The notes below the pieces were generated by a model. That model made no database searches and was not told the DNA's origin. It saw only the letters and a list, made by a program, of their open reading frames with translations. Positions 9,557-19,133 of a stretch of 47,820 bases of DNA are shown here, one piece after another. The DNA is taken from the NCBI GenBank assembly GCA_023659935.1, contig JAGXOK010000003.1, positions 1 through 47,820 on the forward strand, given 5' to 3'. Every line of letters starts with the position of its first letter. Position 1 is the stretch's first letter. The translations under genes and the position numbers were made by a program. Source of the stretch: Candidatus Aenigmarchaeota archaeon LH_S6. Lineage in GTDB: Archaea > Aenigmatarchaeota > Aenigmatarchaeia > QMZS01.

Positions 9557-9918
9557 GCTAAAACACCTCTACCAATTTTTTTATATAAATAAGTATTGTC
9601 AAGATATTCTCTCAAAACTTGTCTCTTTATTTCCATGAAATAATCTTCATTTCTGACAAAAAGAACTTTTCCATATTTTAAAACTTCAAACTGGATATAT
9701 AAAGGCAATCTGTGAAATGGAGCAACATCCAACTTATTTGATGAATAAGTTGCTACTTCTGTCTCTGTCTCTTTATCATTATCTTTAATTATTACTGCAA
9801 TATCAATATCTGACAGAGGCTTAACCTGATTTTTTGCATAGGAACCAAATAAAATTATTGACATAACTTTTTTATATTTCTTCAGTTCTGAAACCAGGTT
9901 CTTAATTTCCTTATCCAT
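9553..9918 (-). CDS. Minimal nucleotidyltransferase (MNT, MNT-HEPN antitoxin type)
   Basis: ILFGSYAKNQVKPLSDIDIAV (GS...DxD), LDVAPFHRLPLYIQFEVLKYGKVLF. Confidence 0.9.
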   Translation of the reverse strand: MDKEIKNLVSELKKYKKVMSIILFGSYAKNQVKPLSDIDIAVIIKDNDKETETEVATYSSNKLDVAPFHRLPLYIQFEVLKYGKVLFVRNEDYFMEIKRQVLREYLDNTYLYKKIGRGVLA

Positions 9919-10143
9919 AATAAAACTAGAGAAGTTAAATAATGAGTGCTAAAGAACAGATAAAGGAACTTGTTGAGAAATACAATTATACTAGATGACT
10001 TATAATTAGTTCCCAATAAAATTAGAAGTGAATTCATCAGAATACTTTGCTCAATCGCTCATCCTCTTTCTTTATAAATTTTTTAAGTTTTTCTATCTTC
10101 ATAAAAAAAAGAAAATCCTAATTAAATAATTCCCTATACAATT

Positions 10144-12396
10144 ATGAGATTAAGTCTCTCCTTCTCAGAAATCAGGAATAAAGATGTTCCAAAAGTTGGT
10201 GGGAAGAATGCAAGTCTTGGGGAGATGTATTCACAGTTGAAAAATAGAGGGATAAGGGTTCCGAGTGGTTTTGCTTTAACAAGTGAATCCTATGACTACT
10301 TTATCAGGGAAAACAGACTTGACAGGGAAATTAAAGAAACTCTTTCTGATTTAGATGTAAAAAATATTAAAAATTTAAGAGAAAAAGGAAAGAGAGTCAG
10401 AGAATTAATCTTAAAATCAAAAATCCCTAAAAAACTAGAAAAAGAAATTTTAGAGAGTTACAAAAAACTTTGCAGAGAATATAATAAAGAAATATCGGTT
10501 GCTGTGAGGAGTTCTGCAACTGCAGAGGATTTGCCAGAAGCAAGTTTTGCGGGGGCACAGGAAACTTATTTAAATGTAAGAGGAGAGAAAGAATTATTAA
10601 AGGCTATTGTGAAATGTTACTCTTCTCTTTTCACTGACAGAGCAGTTTCCTATAGAAAGGAGAAAGGTTTTGGACAATTTTCTGTTAAATTATCAGTAGG
10701 AATTCAGAAGATGGTCAGGAGTGATGTTGCATGTTCTGGAGTAATGTTTACTCTGGATCCAAACACAGGTTTTAGAAATGTTGTTTCTATTGAAGGAAGT
10801 TATGGGCTTGGAGAATATGTTGTAAAAGGAATTGTAAAACCTGATTCATTTTTTGTATTTAAGCCAACAGGAAAAGTTATCAATAAGGAAATTGGAGACA
10901 AGAAAGTTAAATTAGTTTTTTCAAAAACAGGAACAAAACAGGAGAAAATCAAGTCAAAAGATAAAAACAGATTTATTCTGACCGACAAAGAAGTAGAAGA
11001 ACTTGCGAGTTATGCAATTAAAATTGAAAAATATTATAAAAAACCGATGGATATAGAATTTGCAAAAGATGGAGAAGACAAAAAATTATATATTGTTCAG
11101 GCAAGACCAGAAACAGTCCATACAAAGAAAAAAGAAATTAGTAAATATACTTTAGTTAAAAAAACCAAAAAATTGGCAGAAGGTCTCGCTATTGGTAGGA
11201 AAATATCCTCAGGAAAAGTACATATTATTAAAAATATAAACCAGATAGAAGAATTTAAACAGGGAGAAATTCTTGTTGCAAGGCAGACAAACCCTGATTG
11301 GGAGCCGATAATGAAAATAGCTTCTGGAATTATAACTGAGCAGGGAGGAAGTACAAGTCATGCCTCCATCGTTTCAAGAGAGTTAGGTATCCCCTGCATC
11401 GTGGGAGCACAAAACACAATGAAAAAGTTAAGAAATGGGCAGAAAGTAACAATAGATTGTACAAGTTCAAAAGGAATTGTCTGGGAAGGAAAATTAAATT
11501 ATAAAATCAAAAAAATTAACATTGAAAAGTTACCTAAAACAAAAACAAAAGTTATGCTAATTCTTGGAACTCCTGAAGAATCTTTTGATTTGGCTTTTTT
11601 GCAACCTGATGGAATTGGTCTGGTAAGGATAGAATATATTATAACTAACTGGATAAAAATGCATCCTCTTTACGCAATAGAAAAGAAAAAACAGGAATTT
11701 TATGTTCAGAAACTTGCAGAAGGAATTGGAATGCTTGCCGCCTCAGTTTATCCAAATCAAATTATAGTAAGATTTTCTGATTTCAAGACAAATGAGTACA
11801 GGAATTTACTTGGTGGAAAAAAATATGAGCCAGTAGAAAACAATCCAATGCTTGGTTGGAGAGGGGCATCGAGATATTCAGACGAAAAATTTAAACCCGC
11901 TTTTTTGTTAGAGAGTGAAGCAATAAAAAAAGTCAGGGAGGAAATGGGCTTAAAAAATGTTGATGTAATGGTTCCCTTTTGTAGAACAATTAAAGAAGCA
12001 AAAGATGTTTTAAAAATTTTAAGTGAGAATAAGAGGAAATTAAAAGTTTATGTAATGGCAGAAATTCCTTCAAATATTATTCTTGCAGAGGAATTTTCAA
12101 AATTGTTTGATGGTTTCTCAATTGGCTCGAACGATTTAACCCAGTTGACTTTAGGGATAGATAGAGATAATCCAACTCTTGGTTTTGATGAAAGAAACGA
12201 GGCAGTGAAAAAATTAATATCTGAGTTAATCAGATTTGCACATAAGAATAAAAAACCAGTTGGAATCTGTGGTCAGGCCCCATCAAAATACACTGAATAT
12301 GCAAAATTTTTGTTGGATAATAAAATAGATTCCATCTCTGTTAATCCTGATGTTTTCTTGGAGACAAAAATTAGGGTTTCAAAAATGGAGAAATAG
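10144..12396 (+). CDS. ppsA: Phosphoenolpyruvate synthase (pyruvate, water dikinase)
   Basis: VGGKNASLGEM, AVRSSATAEDLPEASFAGAQETYLN, phospho-His motif GGSTSHASIVSRE, FSIGSNDLTQLTLG, GICGQAPS. Confidence 0.97.
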   Translation: MRLSLSFSEIRNKDVPKVGGKNASLGEMYSQLKNRGIRVPSGFALTSESYDYFIRENRLDREIKETLSDLDVKNIKNLREKGKRVRELILKSKIPKKLEKEILESYKKLCREYNKEISVAVRSSATAEDLPEASFAGAQETYLNVRGEKELLKAIVKCYSSLFTDRAVSYRKEKGFGQFSVKLSVGIQKMVRSDVACSGVMFTLDPNTGFRNVVSIEGSYGLGEYVVKGIVKPDSFFVFKPTGKVINKEIGDKKVKLVFSKTGTKQEKIKSKDKNRFILTDKEVEELASYAIKIEKYYKKPMDIEFAKDGEDKKLYIVQARPETVHTKKKEISKYTLVKKTKKLAEGLAIGRKISSGKVHIIKNINQIEEFKQGEILVARQTNPDWEPIMKIASGIITEQGGSTSHASIVSRELGIPCIVGAQNTMKKLRNGQKVTIDCTSSKGIVWEGKLNYKIKKINIEKLPKTKTKVMLILGTPEESFDLAFLQPDGIGLVRIEYIITNWIKMHPLYAIEKKKQEFYVQKLAEGIGMLAASVYPNQIIVRFSDFKTNEYRNLLGGKKYEPVENNPMLGWRGASRYSDEKFKPAFLLESEAIKKVREEMGLKNVDVMVPFCRTIKEAKDVLKILSENKRKLKVYVMAEIPSNIILAEEFSKLFDGFSIGSNDLTQLTLGIDRDNPTLGFDERNEAVKKLISELIRFAHKNKKPVGICGQAPSKYTEYAKFLLDNKIDSISVNPDVFLETKIRVSKMEK

Positions 12397-12530
12397 ACAA
12401 TTACCGAAATAAAAAGAAATGGGTAGTATTATAGTTATATTGTCTGATAATCAACTTGTAGAATATTTTAGGAGGGAGGATATCCAAAAAATATAAGAAG
12501 AATTTATGGTGACAAAAAACAGATATAAAT

Positions 12531-12689
12531 CTATGATGGACTAAAAAGTTTACCTAACCAATCTCCACCCACCACTAATATATTTCCTAAACCACTTAAA
12601 ATTCCATGCTGGATTAGAGCATAAATAACCAAACCAAGTACTATCAGAAAAAGTATAATTCCAAAAACAACTTTCAATGGCATCTCCAT
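12531..12689 (-). CDS. Small 52-aa pilin-like membrane protein (below the ORF-track cutoff)
   Basis: ATTATG start; MEMPLKVVFGIILFLIVLGLVIYALIQHGILSGLGNILVVGGDWLGKLFSPS*. Last gene of the minus-strand pilin-like run. Confidence 0.6.
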   Translation of the reverse strand: MEMPLKVVFGIILFLIVLGLVIYALIQHGILSGLGNILVVGGDWLGKLFSPS

Positions 12690-12729
12690 AATTTAAGCAT
12701 TTTATTAATATATCAAAAAGGATTGGTTA

Positions 12730-14328
12730 TTAAGATGGTTTATATTTTACAATATATTGGGAAGTTGCTACTAATTTGTTAGGGGGACAATCTTCAATAA
12801 AATCAATTTTGAGACGAGAATACTGTTCATTATTCCAAGTAGTTGAACTAGTTCCCGTGCACTTAGTATCCAAAGTTACATCCCAGGTATATCCTTCAAT
12901 TACTGTTTCTTTTATTGTTTTATTAATTTCCTCTTCTACATTATTTTGAAATTCATCACAATTCAACTCATTAAAGTGATAAGTAAAATCCTTAAATTTG
13001 TTATTTAATCGTTCTATATACCTAGACAAATTAAAATTAATATTTATTCCACCAAGTCCATATTCATAACCACTAGACTCTGCATAAATTGTTAATCTTC
13101 CATTAACTCTTGGAACTTTTGTTAGGTCACAAAGGTCTAAATCACATTTTTCAATTTTGACACCATTAAACTCAAAAAAATAATCTGGCACTCCCTGCAC
13201 CTCTAAAGTTTTGTGCTTTTCTCCACAGTTTAGGTCTATTTTTTTCCATTTTTTAGGTCTTAGATCATCATCTAAAATTATTTCAATATTATCCTGATTT
13301 TTTAGACATTTGTATTCTTTCTCTTCACTTTTGATTTTGTAGCATTTATATTCTCTACTTGATAGGGAGTTTGTTGAACCTTCTGGAGAACAAAGTGGTC
13401 CAGAAGATAAGCAGGAACCACAAAGACCTGAAACACAATCTTCTCCACTTCCACAGTCTGCTCCTTCTGAACAATGATTTTCTAAACTACCACAAACAAA
13501 ATTACTGAATTCTTCTGAAAAAGCTATTGCTCCCTTTCCTTTTTGACTTAGAATTAAAGTTACTGTAACAGGTTTATCTTCCATATCCCTACAATCACAA
13601 TCAGAACCTCCGCAGGAAATTGGTATTTTTAGAGAGAAATCAAAATCCTCACACTCAATTATATCCTCTAAAACTTCATTTAGTTTTTGTGTTAATCCAG
13701 CTTTAAGTTCATTGGAATTTAATTTTTGAAATTCATATCTACCCATATTTGTAAAGAAATTGTCCGCACAACTATAAACTTCTCCTAAATCCATAAAGTC
13801 AAATTCTGTTCTTATTCTTCTTGTTGTATTTATCTCATTTTTTACATCTTCGCCAAACATTTTGCTACTTAAATAAATCCTATAAATATAATTCCAGGTT
13901 AAATTTTTATTTGTATAATCATAAGATAAACTACTACCAGAACCAGAAGTGTTTATAATAGAAGCATTAACTTTTGCTCCTTCCAAAACATAGTTTGAGG
14001 CGAAATAATCATTTGCTGCTTCTCCCAACCTTTCACTGAATAAATCAATAAAACGTGAATAATCTCCCCAACTATCATTCCATGAAATAGGTTCTTCTTG
14101 AATATTACTAAAAAATCTGTCTGAATCCTCTTCTATTGTTCTCTTCAGATTTGTCTCTGTGTGGGTAAAAGAAGATAATAATTCAGAAAACTGAATTTCT
14201 GGCAGAGTATGATAATAGATTGGAGTTTCTCCAACAGAGCCCATTAAAATAACAAATAAACCGGCAGCTACTACAGTAAGAATCATCATAAGTCCTTGAA
14301 TTCCCCCTTTCATTTTTTTAATTCTCAT
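12730..14328 (-). CDS. Large pilin-like protein with class III-type signal and Cys-rich region
   Basis: MRIKKMKG|GIQGLMMILTVVAAGLFVILMG; Cys cluster CSEGADCGSGEDCVSGLCGSCLSSGPLC. Confidence 0.7.
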   Translation of the reverse strand: MRIKKMKGGIQGLMMILTVVAAGLFVILMGSVGETPIYYHTLPEIQFSELLSSFTHTETNLKRTIEEDSDRFFSNIQEEPISWNDSWGDYSRFIDLFSERLGEAANDYFASNYVLEGAKVNASIINTSGSGSSLSYDYTNKNLTWNYIYRIYLSSKMFGEDVKNEINTTRRIRTEFDFMDLGEVYSCADNFFTNMGRYEFQKLNSNELKAGLTQKLNEVLEDIIECEDFDFSLKIPISCGGSDCDCRDMEDKPVTVTLILSQKGKGAIAFSEEFSNFVCGSLENHCSEGADCGSGEDCVSGLCGSCLSSGPLCSPEGSTNSLSSREYKCYKIKSEEKEYKCLKNQDNIEIILDDDLRPKKWKKIDLNCGEKHKTLEVQGVPDYFFEFNGVKIEKCDLDLCDLTKVPRVNGRLTIYAESSGYEYGLGGININFNLSRYIERLNNKFKDFTYHFNELNCDEFQNNVEEEINKTIKETVIEGYTWDVTLDTKCTGTSSTTWNNEQYSRLKIDFIEDCPPNKLVATSQYIVKYKPS

Positions 14329-14330
14329 AA

Positions 14331-15362
14331 CTATGTTAACTTAACACTCAATTTATTATCTTTATTACTCCACTCATTCTTACCATCATCTATTACAGTA
14401 AATGTAATTTTATAATCGCCTTTTTTTGTGTAGGTATGACTGAATTCATGGTAAGAATCAGTTGGAGAAAATTTTGTATCATAACTACTGTCATCATAGT
14501 CTAAAATTATTTCATCTATATCAAAATCATCTGTTACATTTATAAAAAATTCTACTTCTGTATCCTCCTCAAATCCCTTTTCAATTGTTTTATCCCACTC
14601 ACTTGTCCCTTCAAATCTTACACCAATATCTTCTACTTCTGGTGGATTATTTTTCAAGCAGAGTCTTGTCCCTTGCTCCTCTACTTTGCATTTTTCTACA
14701 TTGCTACCTCCTCCACATACAACAAGTTTACACGGACCTACTCCACAAGGGTCATTATTACATTCGCTTCTTCCTGGACCTGTCAGATAAGCACTACATT
14801 CTTTAATATCCCCACAACAATAAACAAACTTAATCCTCATATTTTTTGTTTCTTTTGAAAAAATTGGCATATCTTTGTAAAAGCAATTATAAGGATATTC
14901 TTCTGGAAAACTTACTTTCAAACCTTCCAGTTTATCTCTTGGAAGACCCAAAGAAATTATTAACCCTTTTTTGTCTTTAATAATGTAAGAATTATCTCGT
15001 TTTTTTGTCTTTTCTTCTAGTTTATCCATCAATTCATTATATTCCGTTAAATCAACCTCAGAAGAATATCTATCAACAAATTCCTTTCTACTCAAAACTT
15101 CTTTTTTACTATACTCCATTTTTGCCAACTCATTCAAAGTATTCCAACTCTGTGGAGAATAAGAAAGATAAAATAAAACAGAAGAAGGAAAATAATTCAT
15201 CCACCTATACTCTGTATAAGTTTTTACTTCTATTGGCTCTCCAACTAAAACACTTCTGAAATAAAAACCTATTGTCAGGGTAATGACAAATAGCCCAACA
15301 AAAATAAGAATTACTGGTATAACAGACCATTCGATTCCCCCTCTCATTTTTTTTGTTTTCAT
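14331..15362 (-). CDS. Pilin-like protein with Cys-rich module and C-terminal PKD-like domain
   Basis: MKTKKMRG|GIEWSVIPVILIFVGLFVI; CNNDPCGVGPC; PKD-like FSHTYTKKGDYKITFTVIDD. Confidence 0.75.
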   Translation of the reverse strand: MKTKKMRGGIEWSVIPVILIFVGLFVITLTIGFYFRSVLVGEPIEVKTYTEYRWMNYFPSSVLFYLSYSPQSWNTLNELAKMEYSKKEVLSRKEFVDRYSSEVDLTEYNELMDKLEEKTKKRDNSYIIKDKKGLIISLGLPRDKLEGLKVSFPEEYPYNCFYKDMPIFSKETKNMRIKFVYCCGDIKECSAYLTGPGRSECNNDPCGVGPCKLVVCGGGSNVEKCKVEEQGTRLCLKNNPPEVEDIGVRFEGTSEWDKTIEKGFEEDTEVEFFINVTDDFDIDEIILDYDDSSYDTKFSPTDSYHEFSHTYTKKGDYKITFTVIDDGKNEWSNKDNKLSVKLT

Positions 15363-17413
15363 ATTAAGATATCTATTCTAGAATCTTTCAAACTATATTC
15401 TATTGTTTTATCCTTCACAGGATAATGTGCAACAATAAAAGCAGATTCAGCATTGTTGTAAGAATACTCTCCTCTGCAAACTTTTTGTGTAATATTAAAA
15501 ACATAATTTTTATCATCAAACACAGCAACATTTGAAGAATTTAAATTTGGCCAGAGTTTCATCTTTGGGCAAAAACCAGTATCTTCTTCACATACAAATA
15601 ATCCTTTTTCAGTTTTTGTCAAATTTTCGCAACAGAGACCACTTGCATTTATTTTCCATGTTATTTCTGCATTTTCATTTGCTGAACAATTAATAGTATC
15701 TATTTCTTCCCCATTAAAAGTTCTGTTTACCAAAATCACAGGTAAGCATTCTGACATTTCTTCTCTTGAAGGCCAGGATTGGTTTAAAACTTCTTGGCAA
15801 GTATATAAACCTTCACTTACGGAAGGAGGATTTTCTAAATAATTTGGAGAGCAGAAACTCCAGTATTCTTCAGAACATTTAGCACATTCATTAGCAACAC
15901 AATGAGTTTCTACACAATCTCCTGCAACTGTGCAATTAAAAATTCCTGGCCAAGAAGAGCAAGCGGATACAATCGCATAAGTTTCTTTATCTTCAATAAT
16001 TTCATCAATACTTTTATCCTCTAATTTTTCTGTTTCAACAACAACATATTTTATACCAATTGCATCTTTTGGGAGTTCATCAAAAAGATGCATTTGTGAC
16101 TTTGCAAAATCGCAAGCCATATTATGACCACAATCTTTAGTTCTAATCTTAGGGTCGGTACAATGATAATTTATACATTGACCTTCACTAAGATACCAAG
16201 GTAAATTTGTTTCACATCTATTTATACAAAAATCTTCTGCTTTATCCTCACCCCAACTTTCCCTTACATTTTCAACAAGAAGGAAAAATTCCAGGTCGTA
16301 TAGTCCACCAGGCCCAGTTATAGTATGTTTATATGCTTCCTTTGGCCTGCAGATTTTTGCTGACAAATTGCTTTCATTTACCACTCGCCTTGGAATCCTT
16401 GTCTTTAATTCACAATCTCCCTCTCCTTTACTTGAGGGAATAACTGAGAGAACATTTGTTGTATTATTAAAATCCCATTTGAAACCACATTTAGCGTAAA
16501 CTTCTTTTGTTGTCATCCATTCAATAGCTTCTTCTTTTTTTCCTTTTAACCAGTTATAAAGGTCACCAACTAAAGGTATACTACCAATTGCTTCATCTAT
16601 CCAAGAATCTATATCTCCAATTGCACCCCCAATTACAGGTAATTTTAAAATTATCTTTTCTGTAAGAATATCTTTAATTAATGTTTTAGATTTTCTCTCG
16701 TTAGTACCACCATTTACAAGGCAACCTTCCGGATAAGGACCTAATCGATAAAAAACATGAGGCTTTCCTTTAACTCCAACCTGATAAATTCCATCTCTTA
16801 ATTGTGTTGCCAAATTAGTTGTTAACCCCGTAACCATTGCGCCAATTTCAACATTATCCTTATCTGCAACAAAGGTTGTCAGAGGACAAATAGAACTTAA
16901 TTTGTTATGTGGCAATTCTCCGGGCTTTCCCTCGATAAAATCTATATTTCCGCTTTTTGTAATATAATTCTGCAACGTTTCGTCTAATTTTTTATAATCT
17001 TTTTCAGATATTTTTAGATTTCCACATTTCTTATAAACAGATTTACTTTCTGGAGGAACATACAAAGAATAAACATCGCTTCCATCAGAGATAAGCATAA
17101 AATAGTCAGAATCTGGTAAAAAGAATTTAGACATATTTTCAAAAATAGAATTTGCTGTTTCTTCCCTTCCACCTGTAGTTTTCCACTCTTTTAATAAAGT
17201 TTTATTAAAAATATTTGGATAAACAGTTAAATTATTCCAGAGAGAAAGCATATAAGCAAGGTCGCAGGCTGTTACCTTTTCTGGAGTCTCGGTTGGAATT
17301 GTCTGAAAATTAAACCAAAACATCGCAATCATAGCCATTATCCCGACAAATATAGCCAGAGTTATTATATAACCAATCATATTTGGAGGTAAAGTTAAAA
17401 GACCTCGTCTCAT
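15359..17413 (-). CDS. Large Cys-rich pilin-like protein (684 aa)
   Basis: MRRG|LLTLPPNMIGYIITLAIFVGIMAMIAMFW followed by a Cys-rich extracellular region. ATGA-coupled on both sides. Confidence 0.7.
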   Translation of the reverse strand: MRRGLLTLPPNMIGYIITLAIFVGIMAMIAMFWFNFQTIPTETPEKVTACDLAYMLSLWNNLTVYPNIFNKTLLKEWKTTGGREETANSIFENMSKFFLPDSDYFMLISDGSDVYSLYVPPESKSVYKKCGNLKISEKDYKKLDETLQNYITKSGNIDFIEGKPGELPHNKLSSICPLTTFVADKDNVEIGAMVTGLTTNLATQLRDGIYQVGVKGKPHVFYRLGPYPEGCLVNGGTNERKSKTLIKDILTEKIILKLPVIGGAIGDIDSWIDEAIGSIPLVGDLYNWLKGKKEEAIEWMTTKEVYAKCGFKWDFNNTTNVLSVIPSSKGEGDCELKTRIPRRVVNESNLSAKICRPKEAYKHTITGPGGLYDLEFFLLVENVRESWGEDKAEDFCINRCETNLPWYLSEGQCINYHCTDPKIRTKDCGHNMACDFAKSQMHLFDELPKDAIGIKYVVVETEKLEDKSIDEIIEDKETYAIVSACSSWPGIFNCTVAGDCVETHCVANECAKCSEEYWSFCSPNYLENPPSVSEGLYTCQEVLNQSWPSREEMSECLPVILVNRTFNGEEIDTINCSANENAEITWKINASGLCCENLTKTEKGLFVCEEDTGFCPKMKLWPNLNSSNVAVFDDKNYVFNITQKVCRGEYSYNNAESAFIVAHYPVKDKTIEYSLKDSRIDILI

Positions 17414-17880
17414 TTTTCACTTGTTGGCCCAATTATATAAATAGAGTTTTCATCTACTTTCTCAAAACAGAGAAAAACCTCACAGGGTGTTGTATAACCA
17501 TCAACATTTAAAACCTCCCAAGAACTTTTAGTATATTCATATAAATCCATATTCCCAACCAAAGAATCTGACAGATATGCTCCCTCATTAAAACGCTTGT
17601 TTTTAGGACCCCATATTTCTATGTAAGTTGGATGAATAGTTACTCGATTACAATTTCTTAAACTCACACAGGTGTAAGTTTTAACAGGGGCAGATTGCAT
17701 TAAAAACAAAGTATTTTTTATTTGCGCAATTGTATTTATCTTTAATTCACTCATCCTCTGTGTTGCTAAACCCATTCCCATCTGCTGCCACAAACCTAAA
17801 ATTAAAATCGCAAAAATCAAACCGAAAATAAAAAAGAAATATTCTATTTCTATTCCTTTCTTTTCACTTTTGTTAAGCAT
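17410..17880 (-). CDS. Pilin-like protein (class III-type signal)
   Basis: MLNKSEKKG|IEIEYFFFIFGLIFAILILGLW. Confidence 0.7.
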   Translation of the reverse strand: MLNKSEKKGIEIEYFFFIFGLIFAILILGLWQQMGMGLATQRMSELKINTIAQIKNTLFLMQSAPVKTYTCVSLRNCNRVTIHPTYIEIWGPKNKRFNEGAYLSDSLVGNMDLYEYTKSSWEVLNVDGYTTPCEVFLCFEKVDENSIYIIGPTSEK

Positions 17881-17912
17881 AATATAATTAATTCTTAATA
17901 TTTAATTTGAGT

Positions 17913-18092
17913 ATGGGGAAGGGTTCTATTTTAGCTATTGTTATTATAATAGTCTTATTTCTCATATTATTCTTAATAGGTAGCAATATTGGTTCTTTTA
18001 GTTTTGATGTTTCAAATATACCGATATTAGGTTCTATACAAGATTTTATTGTTGATAAGTGGATTACAGTTTATAGGTTTGCACATGGGTGA
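17913..18092 (+). CDS. Small membrane protein whose stop codon lies in the IS right end
   Basis: MGKG|SILAIVIIIVLFLILFLIG..IPILG. The TGA at 18090-18092 is part of the GTGAA IS terminus (18089-18093). Confidence 0.55.
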   Translation: MGKGSILAIVIIIVLFLILFLIGSNIGSFSFDVSNIPILGSIQDFIVDKWITVYRFAHG

Positions 18093-18554
18093 ATTACCCC
18101 CAACAAGTTAAGAGGCTTCCTGCTTCTCCGGGAGGCTAACCTTATTTAAGAGGTGAACTCCTCTCTCCACAAACTTATATTCCGAGTCCTGCCGTAGTGA
18201 TTTATTTTTGATGTTAATTGAGGCATTTAGGTCTCTAGATATTATTAACCCACAATTAGGACATCTATGTGTTCTTATAGATAGTGTTATTTGTATAATA
18301 CACCTTCCCTGACTACTTTTTATTGTTGATAAGTGGATTACAGTTTATAGGTTTGCACATGGGTGAATTACCCCCAACAAGTTAAGAGGCTTCCTGCTTC
18401 TCCGGGAGGCTAACCTTATTTAAGAGGTGAACTCCTCTCTCCACAAACTTATATTCCGAGTCCTGCCGTAGTGATTTATTTTTGATGTTAATTGAGGCAT
18501 TTAGGTCTCTAGATATTATTAACCCACAATTAGGACATCTATGTGTTCTTATAG
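18044..18554. repeat. Tandem direct duplication, 237 bp identical (18044-18280 = 18318-18554, offset 274)
   Basis: Direct base comparison. The 37-nt segment 18281-18317 matches the tnpB continuation 18555-18591 at 25/37. Confidence 0.95.
18363..18554 (-). ncRNA. Predicted TnpB omega/reRNA scaffold with IS200/IS605 right end (second copy at 18089-18280)
   Basis: The minus strand ends GAAGCAGGAAGCCTCTTAACTTGTTGGGGGTAATTCAC (hairpin plus TTCAC terminus), typical of archaeal IS605-type right ends, and overlaps the tnpB 3' end. The predicted guide would start CCATGTGCAAACCTATAAAC. The 5' boundary is not determinable. Confidence 0.6.
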
Positions 18555-19038
18555 CTAGAGTTTTTGGAACTTTACAACTACACTGACTACAATCTATTGT
18601 TGTTCCTGCTGGTATAACCTGCTTAACTAACCCACCAGATTCTTCCTCTTTGTAGGTTAGCAATTCAGCAAATTTACCCCAACAGACATCTAAAATATGT
18701 TTTGCTAAATAGGGATGATGAACCATTCCTGTTATATTTAAGTTTTCTATTGCAATATATCCATACTGTTGTGTAAGGTGATAACTTAATTTATGTAGAA
18801 AATCTAATCTTTGGTTTGTTAGGTTTTCATAATCCCTTGCTAATTTCACTCTTTGTTTACTCCTATTAATAGACCTCTTCTTCTTTTTGCTTAATCTTCT
18901 GTGTTCTCTTTTGAGTTTCCTTTCTGTTTTTTTAAGAAATCTTGGATTATCAATAACAGTTCCATCTGATAAAGTAGCAAAATTCTCCCTCCTGAAATAG
19001 TTTGAAAATGCTTTGTTTATCCAAGGCAATTCATTCAC
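18382..19038 (-). mobile_element. tnpB: IS200/IS605-family TnpB, internally deleted (no RuvC-I)
   Basis: FATLSDGTVIDNPRFL, IAIENLNI (RuvC-II Glu), CSQC/CPNC zinc finger, SRDLNASINI (RuvC-III Asp). AFSNYFRR is joined directly to ENFATLSDG, with no GIDxG motif. Confidence 0.9.
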
Positions 19039-19133
19039 CTTGGTTTTCTTGCCTTTGGTTAAGTATAAAGGTTATTTAAGTTTGGGGTTTTTAATCGTTG
19101 TGAAAATTTTTTTACAGAATTTCACTCTGATAA

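Noticed and set aside
18281..18317. Diverged 37-nt copy of tnpB sequence as a DGR variable repeat or CRISPR spacer
   Set aside because: The mismatches involve all four bases rather than only adenines, no reverse transcriptase is present, and the segment is a degraded continuation of the repeat rather than a foreign spacer.
18343..18362. A trans target for the predicted TnpB guide within the window
   Set aside because: By eye only short partial matches were seen (e.g. AGGTTTGCACA near 46599), which is not enough to call a target.
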